This document shows positions 1 through 8,602 of a stretch of 64,000 nucleotides of DNA, piece by piece (position 1 is the first letter of the stretch; each line of letters begins with the position of its first letter). A model generated the notes under the pieces. That model was not told where the DNA came from, ran no database searches, and saw only the letters and a program-made list of their open reading frames with translations. The translations under genes were made by a program, and so were the position numbers. The DNA comes from Escherichia phage a20. The DNA lies in sequence record OQ067374.1, one strand, 5' to 3'.

Positions 1-225
1 GTTCAACGTGATAAGAAAATTCATGAACTCTATAAATTATTCAGTGTTTTAAGTTCTCTTATTGACGCAGAGGTTGCTAATAGAGAAGAAAAACGAAAAT
101 TTAAAGAGCTCAAAAAATTCTTTGCTCTTTTAGAAAAACATGAACATCTTGGCGGCGAATTCCCTAAATTCCCTGACCTTGAAAACAAATCTATTGTCAA
201 AGCGATTATAAATATCTTTAAGTAA
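1..225 (+). CDS. 3' end of an upstream late gene, 5'-truncated by the window edge; position immediately upstream of holin t matches gene 38 (distal tail-fibre assembly/adhesin) in T4 synteny
   Basis: Open frame from nt 1 to TAA at 223-225 (...LGGEFPKFPDLENKSIVKAIINIFK*); synteny only, no motif recognised. Confidence 0.4.
   Translation, partial: VQRDKKIHELYKLFSVLSSLIDAEVANREEKRKFKELKKFFALLEKHEHLGGEFPKFPDLENKSIVKAIINIFK
207..214 (+). promoter_or_regulatory. T4-type late promoter box TATAAATA upstream of holin t
   Basis: Exact TATAAATA on plus strand about 20 nt upstream of the SD (AAGGAGG) and ATG at 235; t is a late gene in T4. Confidence 0.55.
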
Positions 226-234
226 GGAGGTATT

Positions 235-894
235 ATGGCAACACCAAAAGTGTCATTTTCGCCTAGTGATATTCTATTTGGGTTGCTAGATCGTATTTTC
301 AAAGATAACGCTACTGGAAAGGTTTTAATGTCCCGAGTAGCGGTAATTATTCTTTTGTTCCTAATGGCACTAATATGGTACAAAGGAAGTATTTTGCTGG
401 ATTATTATGTAAGAGCTAAGTATGATACTTATACTGAAATAATCCAAAAAGAACGAGCTTTACGTTTTGAATCTGCGGCTCTAGAACAACTGCAAATAGT
501 TCATATCTCATCTGGTGCAGATTTTAGTGCTGTGTATTCTTTCAGACCTAAAAACTTAAATTATTTTGTCGACCTTATAGCTTATGAAGGCAAACTACCT
601 AGCACAATTTCTGAAAAGTCCCTTGGCGGATTCCCGGTGGATAAAACGGCCGATGAATATATAATTCATTTAAGCGGCCGTCATTTCTCATCTAAATCAG
701 AATTTGCATTTTTGCCTACAAAATCTAAGACTGCCGAACTTTCTTATATGTATAGCTGTCCATACTTTAATTTGGATAACATCTATGCCGGAACTGTGAC
801 GATGTATTGGTATAAGGGGAATAATATACTTGAGGAGGACCGCTTAGCGGCTATATGCAACCAAGCGGTCCGAATACTAGGAAGGGCTAAATAA
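235..894 (+). CDS. t: holin (lysis timing protein T)
   Basis: 219 aa; MATPKVSFSPSDILFGLLDRIFKDNATGKVL... with single TM segment VAVIILLFLMALIWY and large periplasmic domain; strong SD; recognised as T4 t-type holin. Confidence 0.9.
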   Translation: MATPKVSFSPSDILFGLLDRIFKDNATGKVLMSRVAVIILLFLMALIWYKGSILLDYYVRAKYDTYTEIIQKERALRFESAALEQLQIVHISSGADFSAVYSFRPKNLNYFVDLIAYEGKLPSTISEKSLGGFPVDKTADEYIIHLSGRHFSSKSEFAFLPTKSKTAELSYMYSCPYFNLDNIYAGTVTMYWYKGNNILEEDRLAAICNQAVRILGRAK

Positions 895-1167
895 TTAGTT
901 GTTAGAATACATCGCTAAATGACGATAAATATTTTCAAAACCTTCATTGAATTCACTAATCAGTGTTTTCTTTTCTTCGGCAGTTAAATTTGTAATTAGT
1001 TTTCTAAAAGAATTCTGATTTAGCTGCCGACCATCTTTTTTAATTCCAATCTCATTCAAGAATCCGATGAAACTTGCTCGGTCTTCAACAATATCTTCCC
1101 TAGAGAATTTAATCAAAATAGAAGCAATAGTAATAATTTCACGTACGATTTCAATGTCTTTATTCAT
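895..1167 (-). CDS. asiA: anti-sigma70 factor AsiA
   Basis: 90 aa; MNKDIEIVREIITIASILIKFSREDIVEDRASF...EFNEGFENIYRHLAMY; length and sequence match T4 AsiA; adjacent to t as in T4. Confidence 0.9.
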   Translation of the reverse strand: MNKDIEIVREIITIASILIKFSREDIVEDRASFIGFLNEIGIKKDGRQLNQNSFRKLITNLTAEEKKTLISEFNEGFENIYRHLAMYSNN

Positions 1168-1213
1168 AACGTTTTATTCATTCCACTTAGTTGATATGGA
1201 TATAGTACCATTA

Positions 1214-1429
1214 TCAGTGTTGATTGTAAACGGCTTTTTCTACGCTTTTAACGTAATCAATGTAGTCTTCCTGTTCGTACGAGTTTAAGGCTAAGAACGA
1301 GGCTAATAGTTCATTATAGACTAAAGCCTCACGCTCACGTTCGGCCTCTACTACGTTCTGAAGATTATGACTCATATTGTTCCTTATAACTATCAATGTA
1401 ATCCTGTATGTCAAAGAATGACATTTCAT
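1214..1429 (-). CDS. hypothetical small protein (arn region); true start may be the internal ATG near 1375
   Basis: ORF track; acidic C-terminal half; overlaps next gene by 65 nt if the longest start is used. Confidence 0.4.
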   Translation of the reverse strand: MKCHSLTYRITLIVIRNNMSHNLQNVVEAEREREALVYNELLASFLALNSYEQEDYIDYVKSVEKAVYNQH

Positions 1430-1751
1430 ATTCTAGGACATTAAGAGCCCGTTCTTCAGTATAGTCAGAACCAAAGACGATAGTGATTTCACCAGGCTTC
1501 ATATGATTGAAATCGACACTAAAAGGAATACGAGAACATACTTCGTCTGCCATATCTACGATAACACTACGACACACTTCTCGGTTAACCTGATAAAGCT
1601 CTGCAAGTTCTTCACATCGAATAACAAGTTCAGTGGCAGGATTTTCTTTGATTTTAGTAAGCATAGTCTTTACCCTTATGTTTTTGTTTACGTTTAGATT
1701 GAAGTTCTGATTTCTTTTTGTCCTTATGGACGGAAGCCTTATTGAAATCAT
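1365..1751 (-). CDS. hypothetical protein
   Basis: ORF track, 128 aa; ATGA-type overlap with upstream gene; N-terminal 29 aa basic/low complexity so start uncertain. Confidence 0.45.
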   Translation of the reverse strand: MISIRLPSIRTKRNQNFNLNVNKNIRVKTMLTKIKENPATELVIRCEELAELYQVNREVCRSVIVDMADEVCSRIPFSVDFNHMKPGEITIVFGSDYTEERALNVLEYEMSFFDIQDYIDSYKEQYES

Positions 1752-1966
1752 GTTTTGCTACAAGATTGTTCATAATGCTTTATAACCTCGTTTAAACATT
1801 TACTAGTGAAAGAAAACTTTTTAGCCACAGAACATTCGATAATGTGCTCTTTCAAATCTTTAGAGTCAGTATAACCCATCTCAGTAATAAAGTGGCGAAT
1901 TAAAGCTTTATTCTTATCATTAACAGAATTAAAATAATCTGCTTTAGAATCAATTATTCTCATCAT
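1748..1966 (-). CDS. hypothetical protein
   Basis: ORF track, 72 aa, tightly packed between neighbours. Confidence 0.45.
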   Translation of the reverse strand: MMRIIDSKADYFNSVNDKNKALIRHFITEMGYTDSKDLKEHIIECSVAKKFSFTSKCLNEVIKHYEQSCSKT

Positions 1967-2231
1967 CTAATTTCCTTAATTGATATTGCAACGAGCTAAT
2001 AATTTCTTCATTCATTTTAATATACATGTCGCGCAAGAAAGGTTTTAACCCATCACGAATAATTGCTAACGTATCACCTTTACATAAATTAACCAAATAA
2101 GGATGGTCTAAAGCATCCCAACCAGGCTGATTAGCATACATACCATAATTTTCTTCCATCATAGCATTCAGGCGTTTGATATGATTAATGTGGGCTTCAA
2201 TAGCATCAATCTGGAGTTGTTTAAGATTCAT
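1950..2231 (-). CDS. hypothetical protein
   Basis: ORF track, 93 aa. Confidence 0.45.
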   Translation of the reverse strand: MNLKQLQIDAIEAHINHIKRLNAMMEENYGMYANQPGWDALDHPYLVNLCKGDTLAIIRDGLKPFLRDMYIKMNEEIISSLQYQLRKLDDENN

Positions 2232-2692
2232 TAGTAAAGGTCCTCAGAGTAAAGTTCTTTTTCATTACCGCCACGTTCAATACGTACCTGTCCAGCATAC
2301 GTTGCAATAATCATTGCTTCTTCACGAGTCCAGTAATTAGAGTATTGATCAATAAAGCCTTGGTCGTCGCCACAAACTTGCTGCGAGACTAATTGAGGAC
2401 CAACTATATCAAGTACTTCAGCCATATCTTTAGAGTAATGACGAGCACCTGGAATAATAAGAGTTCGTCCATCTTTTAATTTAAAACGGTTGGCTGCACA
2501 GACAATTCGTCGTTGGTACTTTTGGTTTTCATCCCAATACAGAGTCTGCCAACATATTTCAGGAACTTCATCTAAAACATTTTGTTCTGTATATTCACCG
2601 CCGTAAGAAGCTAATTTAGCAGCCAGACTTTCCGGAGTCTCACGAGATAAAGCTTTATCTAACAGAGCTAAACGTTCTTTAAAAGTTTTCAT
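2231..2692 (-). CDS. hypothetical protein
   Basis: ORF track, 153 aa; 1-nt overlap with downstream gene. Confidence 0.5.
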   Translation of the reverse strand: MKTFKERLALLDKALSRETPESLAAKLASYGGEYTEQNVLDEVPEICWQTLYWDENQKYQRRIVCAANRFKLKDGRTLIIPGARHYSKDMAEVLDIVGPQLVSQQVCGDDQGFIDQYSNYWTREEAMIIATYAGQVRIERGGNEKELYSEDLY

Positions 2693-3018
2693 TTAAACCA
2701 TCCTTTAATACGTTGCCAAATAGATTTTTGTGCTTGTTTATTTACACCAAACGAACGAATAACCGGTTGTGACTGCTGATATTCTTTATAATCTTCTTTA
2801 TAGATTTCGTAAGCTGCATCAACAAATGAACTGATCGCTGCCATGTAGTTTTTACGAAGGCCAAATGGCGCGTCATTATTTTCACGAATAACCGTATATT
2901 GGCCTGCTTTAATCTTTACAATTGTCCCTAAATAAGCCCCGTGGTACCAAATATCCCATCCTTCCTGAGTAGGTTCTGCACATTTACGAAGTTCGTTAAT
3001 AATATTCAGCTTATTCAT
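2689..3018 (-). CDS. hypothetical protein
   Basis: ORF track, 109 aa; ATGA overlap with upstream gene. Confidence 0.5.
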   Translation of the reverse strand: MNKLNIINELRKCAEPTQEGWDIWYHGAYLGTIVKIKAGQYTVIRENNDAPFGLRKNYMAAISSFVDAAYEIYKEDYKEYQQSQPVIRSFGVNKQAQKSIWQRIKGWFK

Positions 3019-3028
3019 TATGTATTCC

Positions 3029-3661
3029 TCACAGTACGTTAGTTACAAGGGTAATGATTTCTTTGGACACATTAGGGAAGTCAATGTAAGTATATTTACC
3101 ACCGATCTTAATCTTAACATCATTTTCAAGAGAAGTAAACAGCTTTGATTCAGTTTCTGACATGTTGTATGCAAAGATTCTAAGAGCGCCATCTCGACGA
3201 ATTTCGATCTGACGAATACCTAGAACTCGTTTTGCAAATCGAACTTCCAAGTTACTACGGTTTTCACCAATTTCTTTAACTTCAACTTTATCTTTAATAT
3301 TTTCAAAAACAAAGTTTGCTAGTTCATGCATTTCAGGAGTAACTCCACGTGCTTTTCTAGTGTTACGTTTCTGAAGAAGTTCTGGAGCATTTTCTTGGGC
3401 AAAGAGGTCTGCAGCTTTTTGGATAATATCCATTGCTTCGCCTGTTGCTATAAGTCCATCACCGGATTTTTCGACTAAACCTTTCTTAATCAATACACCA
3501 ATGTTAGAGTTAACAACCGATGCATTGTATTCCGCTTCTAGAGCTTCACGGACATTGGCAGCAGTGGTGAAGTTGTTCTTAATGATATAAACCATTATTG
3601 CAGCAGTTTTTTCATTCAGAGCGTTTTCAGAAGCTTTGATGATGTAAGTAACTTTAGACAT
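3029..3661 (-). CDS. motA: middle-transcription activator MotA
   Basis: 210 aa; MSKVTYIIKASENALNEKTAAIMVYIIKNNFTTAANVRE...NSNIGVLIKKGLVEKSGDGLI; T4 MotA is 211 aa with the same N-terminus; synteny between asiA and gene 52. Confidence 0.85.
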   Translation of the reverse strand: MSKVTYIIKASENALNEKTAAIMVYIIKNNFTTAANVREALEAEYNASVVNSNIGVLIKKGLVEKSGDGLIATGEAMDIIQKAADLFAQENAPELLQKRNTRKARGVTPEMHELANFVFENIKDKVEVKEIGENRSNLEVRFAKRVLGIRQIEIRRDGALRIFAYNMSETESKLFTSLENDVKIKIGGKYTYIDFPNVSKEIITLVTNVL

Positions 3662-3698
3662 TTTATTTCTCCAATTTGGTTGTTTTGTTTTGATAGGT

Positions 3699-3730
3699 CT
3701 ATAATATCATGTTTGAAGCATATGTAAACT
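3699..3730 (-). promoter_or_regulatory. sigma70-type early promoter for motA (-35 GTTTAC, ~17 nt spacer, -10 TATTAT read on minus strand)
   Basis: Plus-strand text ...ataggtctATAATAtcatgtttgaagcatatGTAAACt...; approx coordinates. Confidence 0.6.
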
Positions 3731-3737
3731 GTTTTGT

Positions 3738-3772
3738 GAGAAAAAAATGCACAAAAGGGAGCCGAAGCTCCC
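3738..3772 (-). terminator. rho-independent terminator after gene 52 (GC stem, UUCG loop, U-tract)
   Basis: gggagc-cgaa-gctccc hairpin preceded on plus strand by A-run (U-tract on minus-strand RNA). Confidence 0.7.
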
Positions 3773-3848
3773 TAATCATGTTTGTCTAACCAATACAGCC
3801 AAATCACTAGTACAGCTATTGCACCGAGAAATCCTAAGGCTAGGGCAC

Positions 3849-5174
3849 TCAAAGTGCCTCCAAGTCTTTAGTGTACTCTGTCACAACATCAGTAGACTTC
3901 CAATACTCATTTTCTTCTTTCTTAGCTTTAGCTTCTTCTGCTAGTTTACGTGCTTCGTCGGAAGTGATATGGAAGATGTTAAGACCTACCAGTTTATCGA
4001 CATGTTCTTTATACATTTCGATTTGTGCTAGCTCTTCAGTCAAAGCTTTACGAGTCTTGTCCTGAATCACAATTTCACCACTGATAACTTTTTTGATGAA
4101 GTGTGCCTTAGCAAAAGCAAGTTTAAATGCTTTTTCAGATTCAAGGATTTTGTTGTCAATACGTTTCTGAACGTAAGTCTTACGGACTTCAACAAAATCT
4201 TTGATTAAGTCCACTACGTTATCGTAGACAGCTAATTTACCCTTTTCATTAATCACTGTGATGTTTTGTGAACGACGTTCGATGAGACTAAAATCTTTCA
4301 TGATTTTTTCATGACGTAGCTCTTCATCATCAGGAAGCGAGTACTCTTTACGGAACTTCACCTTAAACCCAAAGCCGTGTTCACCACAATCATCTTCCCA
4401 AGAGATTAGACCTTTGTCTTCCAACGGGTCAAGAACCTTACTCACATACGTTTCACGGTCGAATTTATATGGGATTTCAGTTATCTGCATTTGAGTGCGA
4501 GATGTGAACTTATATGTTCCGTGAATCTCATAACGCCCATCAACTTCATGTACTTCGCCACGGAATTCCGGGAATTCAACTTTTGGCTTAGTGACATTTT
4601 TACCTTGAAGAGCTTGTAATACAGCCTTTTTTACCGATTTAAAACTATGAGGCAGAATATTTGTTGCGTAACCGGTTGCAATACCAGAAACACCATTCAA
4701 AAGAACTGTCGGAATAATAGGAAGATAGAATTTTGGTGGAATGTGTTCTTTATCTTCATGAGCTGGAGCATATTCAGTATCTTTATATACGTTATAGAAA
4801 TTTTTACTTACACGAGCAAAAATATAACGAGATGCTGCAGCTTTTTGGACTGTTCTAGAACCAAAGTTGCCCTGGCCATCTAACAGTGGATAGTTGTTGT
4901 TCCATGTGTTAGCCATTAATGCACCTGCATCTTGTGCAGAAGATTCACCGTGGTGATAACCTAAATCTGCAACACCGCCTGCAATTGACGCAAGTTTATG
5001 AAATTTTTCTTTATTACCACGAGCCAAATCTAATGCACGATGAACCACAAAACGTTGAACCGGTTTAAATCCATCAATCATGTTTGGGATTGCACGGTTT
5101 TCAACGGTGTACATCGCATATGCTAAGGCTTCGTTATCAATAATACTTTTTAGATTACGAGAATTCAATTGCAT
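3849..5174 (-). CDS. 52: DNA topoisomerase II medium subunit (GyrA-like, gp52)
   Basis: 441 aa; ...AYAMYTVENRAIPNMIDGFKPVQRFVVHRAL...; catalytic-Tyr region typical of type IIA topoisomerase A subunit; T4 gp52 is 442 aa. Confidence 0.93.
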   Translation of the reverse strand: MQLNSRNLKSIIDNEALAYAMYTVENRAIPNMIDGFKPVQRFVVHRALDLARGNKEKFHKLASIAGGVADLGYHHGESSAQDAGALMANTWNNNYPLLDGQGNFGSRTVQKAAASRYIFARVSKNFYNVYKDTEYAPAHEDKEHIPPKFYLPIIPTVLLNGVSGIATGYATNILPHSFKSVKKAVLQALQGKNVTKPKVEFPEFRGEVHEVDGRYEIHGTYKFTSRTQMQITEIPYKFDRETYVSKVLDPLEDKGLISWEDDCGEHGFGFKVKFRKEYSLPDDEELRHEKIMKDFSLIERRSQNITVINEKGKLAVYDNVVDLIKDFVEVRKTYVQKRIDNKILESEKAFKLAFAKAHFIKKVISGEIVIQDKTRKALTEELAQIEMYKEHVDKLVGLNIFHITSDEARKLAEEAKAKKEENEYWKSTDVVTEYTKDLEAL

Positions 5175-5178
5175 ATTT

Positions 5179-5319
5179 TCACCATATTAATGAACGAATA
5201 ATCATTATAACATCTGAAATGAAAAGCACTACTTGGATTAGTCCAAACATCACACCATAGTACAGAACCGTAAGCAACAACAAGAGCCCGAAGGCTCCTG
5301 CTAAGATTTTCTTAATCAT
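5179..5319 (-). CDS. small hydrophobic membrane peptide (46 aa), immediately upstream of gene 52
   Basis: Hand-translated MIKKILAGAFGLLLLLTVLYYGVMFGLIQVVLFISDVIMIIRSLIW; TAATG overlap with upstream peptide; below the 60-aa ORF-track cutoff. Confidence 0.4.
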   Translation of the reverse strand: MIKKILAGAFGLLLLLTVLYYGVMFGLIQVVLFISDVIMIIRSLIW

Positions 5320-5465
5320 TACTCGCCTTTTAATACGTTAAGAAGCGCTAAGACCGCTAAGGTACCTTGTGATACGGCCTGTTGAAATACTGTTGTTTCG
5401 CCTGTAACTAAAGTGCTAACGAATAAAAACGACCAACACAGCAATGCAATAATCCATGCTACCAT
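5319..5465 (-). CDS. small hydrophobic membrane peptide (48 aa; ac/stp-region)
   Basis: Hand-translated MVAWIIALLCWSFLFVSTLVTGETTVFQQAVSQGTLAVLALLNVLKGE; SD GAGGT 9 nt upstream. Confidence 0.4.
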   Translation of the reverse strand: MVAWIIALLCWSFLFVSTLVTGETTVFQQAVSQGTLAVLALLNVLKGE

Positions 5466-5474
5466 TTTAATTAC

Positions 5475-5510
5475 CTCAAAAATAAATTAAAGGCCTATTA
5501 AGCTAGGCCT
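5475..5510 (-). terminator. terminator-like hairpin after ndd
   Basis: aggccta-ttaagc-taggcct hairpin with U-rich tract on minus-strand RNA; approx coordinates. Confidence 0.5.
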
Positions 5511-5517
5511 ATATAAA

Positions 5518-5964
5518 TTAGTAACTCTGCAGAATGAATTTGAAATTATCTGCCAGAAGACGGTTCATTTCAGTGAGTGTTTGATATTCTGATGTATGGT
5601 TGCGAGTGAATGCCAGAGCCAATTGTCCTTTACCGTAACCAGTGGTCAGTGGTTTCATGTTCTTAGCTGCAACAAAGATTACATCATATTCAATATTGTT
5701 AGTGCCCATAGTACGGGCTAGTTGCGAACGGCCTTGACGAATGTGAGAAAGAATTGCATCCAACCCTTGTTTAGAACGTTGACGTCCTACAAAGAATCGT
5801 GCTGCAACTTGACGCCAGTCAGATGAACCTTTAACAAAGAAGTAAAAACCTTCACGAGAACGAAACTCTTTAGAAACTTCAGAACCGTATTCGCCATTAC
5901 GAACTACTGCAACAACTTCACCGCCAACTGCCAGAAGGTCTTTACGAGTTAAATATTTGGACAT
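5518..5964 (-). CDS. ndd: nucleoid disruption protein Ndd
   Basis: 148 aa; ...[29 protein letters not shown]...[45 protein letters not shown]; recognised as T4 Ndd (151 aa). Confidence 0.85.
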   Translation of the reverse strand: MSKYLTRKDLLAVGGEVVAVVRNGEYGSEVSKEFRSREGFYFFVKGSSDWRQVAARFFVGRQRSKQGLDAILSHIRQGRSQLARTMGTNNIEYDVIFVAAKNMKPLTTGYGKGQLALAFTRNHTSEYQTLTEMNRLLADNFKFILQSY

Positions 5965-6006
5965 GCTAATTTCCTCAATTGATTAATGTTTTTGTAATCC
6001 ATGAGA

Positions 6007-6040
6007 GCATTATACTCTGCTCTCAAGAGTTTGTACAATT
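6007..6040 (-). promoter_or_regulatory. early promoter for ndd (-35 TGTACA, 17 nt, -10 TATAAT) with -10 inside a short inverted repeat gagagc...gctctc
   Basis: Plus text gagagcATTATActctgctctcaagagtttGTACAatt. Confidence 0.6.
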
Positions 6041-6241
6041 TTATTCGGTTATATCAGAACGTTCAAAAAGCTCTTCAACAGTTAAACATTCGGTGTCATC
6101 CTCAATAAAGAATCGGGTCCAATACGTTGGGGCGATGCAGTTATGAGTTTGTCCGGCTATAGAAGCTACACGAATAAGCTGCTGACCATTATTCAGGACA
6201 AATTTTTCACCAATTTCAACATCTTTAAAAAGCTTAGCCAT
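6041..6241 (-). CDS. hypothetical small protein (ndd.x)
   Basis: ORF track, 66 aa; own promoter upstream. Confidence 0.5.
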   Translation of the reverse strand: MAKLFKDVEIGEKFVLNNGQQLIRVASIAGQTHNCIAPTYWTRFFIEDDTECLTVEELFERSDITE

Positions 6242-6267
6242 TTTGTGTTCCTCATATTTTGATAGGA

Positions 6268-6300
6268 CTACTATACCATAATCCTACCTTGTTGTAAACA
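6268..6300 (-). promoter_or_regulatory. early promoter (-35 GTTTAC, -10 TATAGT)
   Basis: Plus text gataggactACTATAccataatcctaccttgttGTAAAC. Confidence 0.55.
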
Positions 6301-6491
6301 ATTAAATTACATTAAAATATGTTAAAGCCAACCATGTTCCAGTGAACGAACATGCGATGTAAAAACCCGTATCACAAATTGTTCTTAGTACAATAAGAAG
6401 TGCATTTTTCATAAGTACCTCAATGCAATTGAAAATATTATACAAATCATAGGGATACTAAGCAACCATATTCCAATCCACATTTTAGAGC

Positions 6492-6755
6492 TCATATCTC
6501 AACTTCCGCGAGTTCCATATATCCTTTGTTGATAACCTCTTTAAGGTCTTTAGAAAGAATAACACCAAAATGGTCGTTCATATGTCCGTTAACTAAACGA
6601 GTTATTTCGGCTTCAGATGACATATAAGGCACGTCCGAGTCCCAGTGAGATAGGCCTAAATGGGTATAAATCATCCCTTCGTCATCTGCAGTGTTGTACA
6701 TTGAAACAAATTCGCCTGTTACTTTATGTTTTGCGTAGAAAAATTTAAATTTCAT
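6492..6755 (-). CDS. hypothetical small protein
   Basis: ORF track, 87 aa; own promoter upstream. Confidence 0.5.
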   Translation of the reverse strand: MKFKFFYAKHKVTGEFVSMYNTADDEGMIYTHLGLSHWDSDVPYMSSEAEITRLVNGHMNDHFGVILSKDLKEVINKGYMELAEVEI

Positions 6756-6779
6756 GATGTTATCCTCTTTTAGATAGGA

Positions 6780-6812
6780 CTACTATATCATAGTCCTACT
6801 TAGTTGTAAACA
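6780..6812 (-). promoter_or_regulatory. early promoter (-35 GTTTAC, -10 TATAGT)
   Basis: Plus text tagataggactACTATAtcatagtcctacttagttGTAAAC. Confidence 0.55.
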
Positions 6813-6823
6813 CTTTTATGAAA

Positions 6824-7381
6824 TTAAAGATGAAGATACCACCCGTTGTAGTTGCTCTTGCGGACGATTTTCTTTAGGTCTTCATGGTCTCCCACGAACT
6901 TTATAGAATAAGAGAAGACGTCAGGTGAGGTTTCTTTGACATCTAATATAATAATGCAATCTGCGACTCGATGGTTCAAGAAGGGCCCTATATTGATTCC
7001 ATTACCACCCGGATAATCACCACTGTATCCTGTGGTAACCGAAATCCATTTCGAATCCATCTGATGGGTCTTTACTTCTACGCGTAGACCACAGTACTTA
7101 GGATGAGCTAAAACGTCCCATGCATACGTGTAAGGGTCTTCTACGTCTTCATTACCTTTATTAACATATCCGTCTAGCCAATTTGCTACTACATACTCTG
7201 CAAAGACTGCAACCTTACAACGTCGAACAACGTCTTCTTTTATTTGACCTGGATCTTGTTTCAACGAGTACCGAGCAGTATCAGCGATCTTAACCTTCAT
7301 TTCGCTAGTCAAAAACTCATTCGACAGGATAAATGTCGGAAGACTCTTCAGCCTCAACAGCCCCAAGTTCGTCTTTACCAT
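6824..7381 (-). CDS. candidate endonuclease IV (DenB) by position and size; start chosen at internal ATG with SD GAGG (185 aa), longest ORF would extend to 7444
   Basis: Between ndd and rIIB as in T4; 185 aa matches T4 DenB length; no catalytic motif verified. Confidence 0.4.
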   Translation of the reverse strand: MVKTNLGLLRLKSLPTFILSNEFLTSEMKVKIADTARYSLKQDPGQIKEDVVRRCKVAVFAEYVVANWLDGYVNKGNEDVEDPYTYAWDVLAHPKYCGLRVEVKTHQMDSKWISVTTGYSGDYPGGNGINIGPFLNHRVADCIIILDVKETSPDVFSYSIKFVGDHEDLKKIVRKSNYNGWYLHL

Positions 7382-7604
7382 AGATACCTCTGATGTGTAG
7401 TTCGCCAAAATAAATGCGGTCACCTTCTTCAAGATATTCTGCATCTACAGGCGGAATTTCAATAACAACTTCGTCGCATTCTAACCAGCCGTAGTGTGCA
7501 TCGCCAGGATGTTTTACCAATTTAGCGCAATACACTGATTTACATTTATGATGGCCACGAAGATTAGCGATTTTGGATTCTGATACGTCAAATGGATGAA
7601 TCAT
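7317..7604 (-). CDS. hypothetical acidic protein immediately downstream of rIIB terminator
   Basis: ORF track, 95 aa (...CDEVVIEIPPVDAEYLEEGDRIYFGELH...); overlaps the denB candidate start by about 65 nt. Confidence 0.45.
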   Translation of the reverse strand: MIHPFDVSESKIANLRGHHKCKSVYCAKLVKHPGDAHYGWLECDEVVIEIPPVDAEYLEEGDRIYFGELHIRGIYGKDELGAVEAEESSDIYPVE

Positions 7605-7611
7605 AATTACC

Positions 7612-7640
7612 CCTAAAGAAAAAAGGGGACCGAAGTCCCC
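7612..7640 (-). terminator. rho-independent terminator after rIIB (UUCG-loop hairpin)
   Basis: ggggac-cgaa-gtcccc flanked by A-run on plus strand. Confidence 0.7.
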
Positions 7641-7645
7641 AATTA

Positions 7646-8593
7646 TTATTCTGCAAATAATTCAGTAACGTCTGAAATTACTTCATAACGACATGTACGC
7701 ATCTTAGCATCACCATAGTCAACCGGGATGGATACAACATCACGTGGATGAACTTTAACTTTCACAACTTTATCTGAGCTTGAACCAAAGTGGCGAATAT
7801 AAGATTTAGCACAAACGTGGAGACCGCGAGAACAGGTTTGAGTATCATCGTCGTTAACTCGAGTACGAGGCATTGAAACAACTTTACCAGGCGAGTTATC
7901 AAATGTACCACTATAACAGTCTAAATAGTCCTTACGAACTACTTTCCATGCATAGAAATGTCCGTCTTCAGTGATTTCAATATCATTTGCAACCAAGAAG
8001 TCGAATAAACGTTGTACAGCTTTTTCGCTCGGGTTTTCTAACAGGTTTTCAAGGAACGGCAGATAGAATTTAAAGTCTTCACCTTTTTCCATTGAATCAA
8101 TAATACGGTTAACCAGCCCTGAACGAATCTCTATACCTTGATAAAATAAACTACCACCTTCAATAGTAACATTACCATCAACAAACTTAGTAATAGCTTT
8201 CTTGATGTTAATAAGTTCGACAGCTTTACTAAGGTTTCCTGCGACCAGATTAGCTTTAATTTCTTCAAAATTTGCATGACTTGATGGAGTCGCATTGTAT
8301 GCTACGCGTCCTTCAATAATTGAAATAAATTTAGATGACGCGTTCCATACGATTTCAGGACGATGTCCGCCGATAATAGGTTCATCATTTTCTGGAACTT
8401 CTTCGATTACATAAGAGGCATCGTTTGCTTCAGGGACAACGCCTTCCGCTTTAAAATTCTTAACAATCTTACGAAGAGTATCTGTTGAAATGTCGAAGTA
8501 ATCGGCAATTTCTTTACGGGTCCATTTGCCTGATTCAACCAGGCCGTAAGCTTCTAACTGTTCTTCTTGGGACAAGCATTTGATATTATACAT
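7646..8593 (-). CDS. rIIB: rIIB membrane-associated lysis-inhibition protein
   Basis: 315 aa; MYNIKCLSQEEQ...GSLFYQGIEIRSGLVNRIIDSMEKGEDFKFYLPFLENLLENPSEKAVQRLFDFLVANDIEITEDGHFYAWKVV...; recognised as T4 rIIB (312 aa). Confidence 0.9.
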   Translation of the reverse strand: MYNIKCLSQEEQLEAYGLVESGKWTRKEIADYFDISTDTLRKIVKNFKAEGVVPEANDASYVIEEVPENDEPIIGGHRPEIVWNASSKFISIIEGRVAYNATPSSHANFEEIKANLVAGNLSKAVELINIKKAITKFVDGNVTIEGGSLFYQGIEIRSGLVNRIIDSMEKGEDFKFYLPFLENLLENPSEKAVQRLFDFLVANDIEITEDGHFYAWKVVRKDYLDCYSGTFDNSPGKVVSMPRTRVNDDDTQTCSRGLHVCAKSYIRHFGSSSDKVVKVKVHPRDVVSIPVDYGDAKMRTCRYEVISDVTELFAE

Positions 8594-8602
8594 AATGTTT
8601 CC

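Noticed and set aside
30-383. 117-aa minus-strand ORF at the left edge
   Set aside because: Lies antisense to the end of the upstream late gene and to the holin t start region, with no RBS; read as a frame artefact
1067-1288. 73-aa plus-strand ORF
   Set aside because: Antisense overlap with asiA; hydrophobic low-complexity translation typical of AT-rich antisense frames
3711-3720. TGCTTCA (MotA-box-like) between the -35 and -10 of the motA promoter
   Set aside because: Only 7 nt from the -10 element, not the ~12 nt required for a middle promoter; treated as coincidental
5284-5297. UUCG-type hairpin gagcc-cgaa-ggctc
   Set aside because: Falls inside the coding sequence of the 46-aa membrane peptide and lacks a U-tract; not called as a terminator
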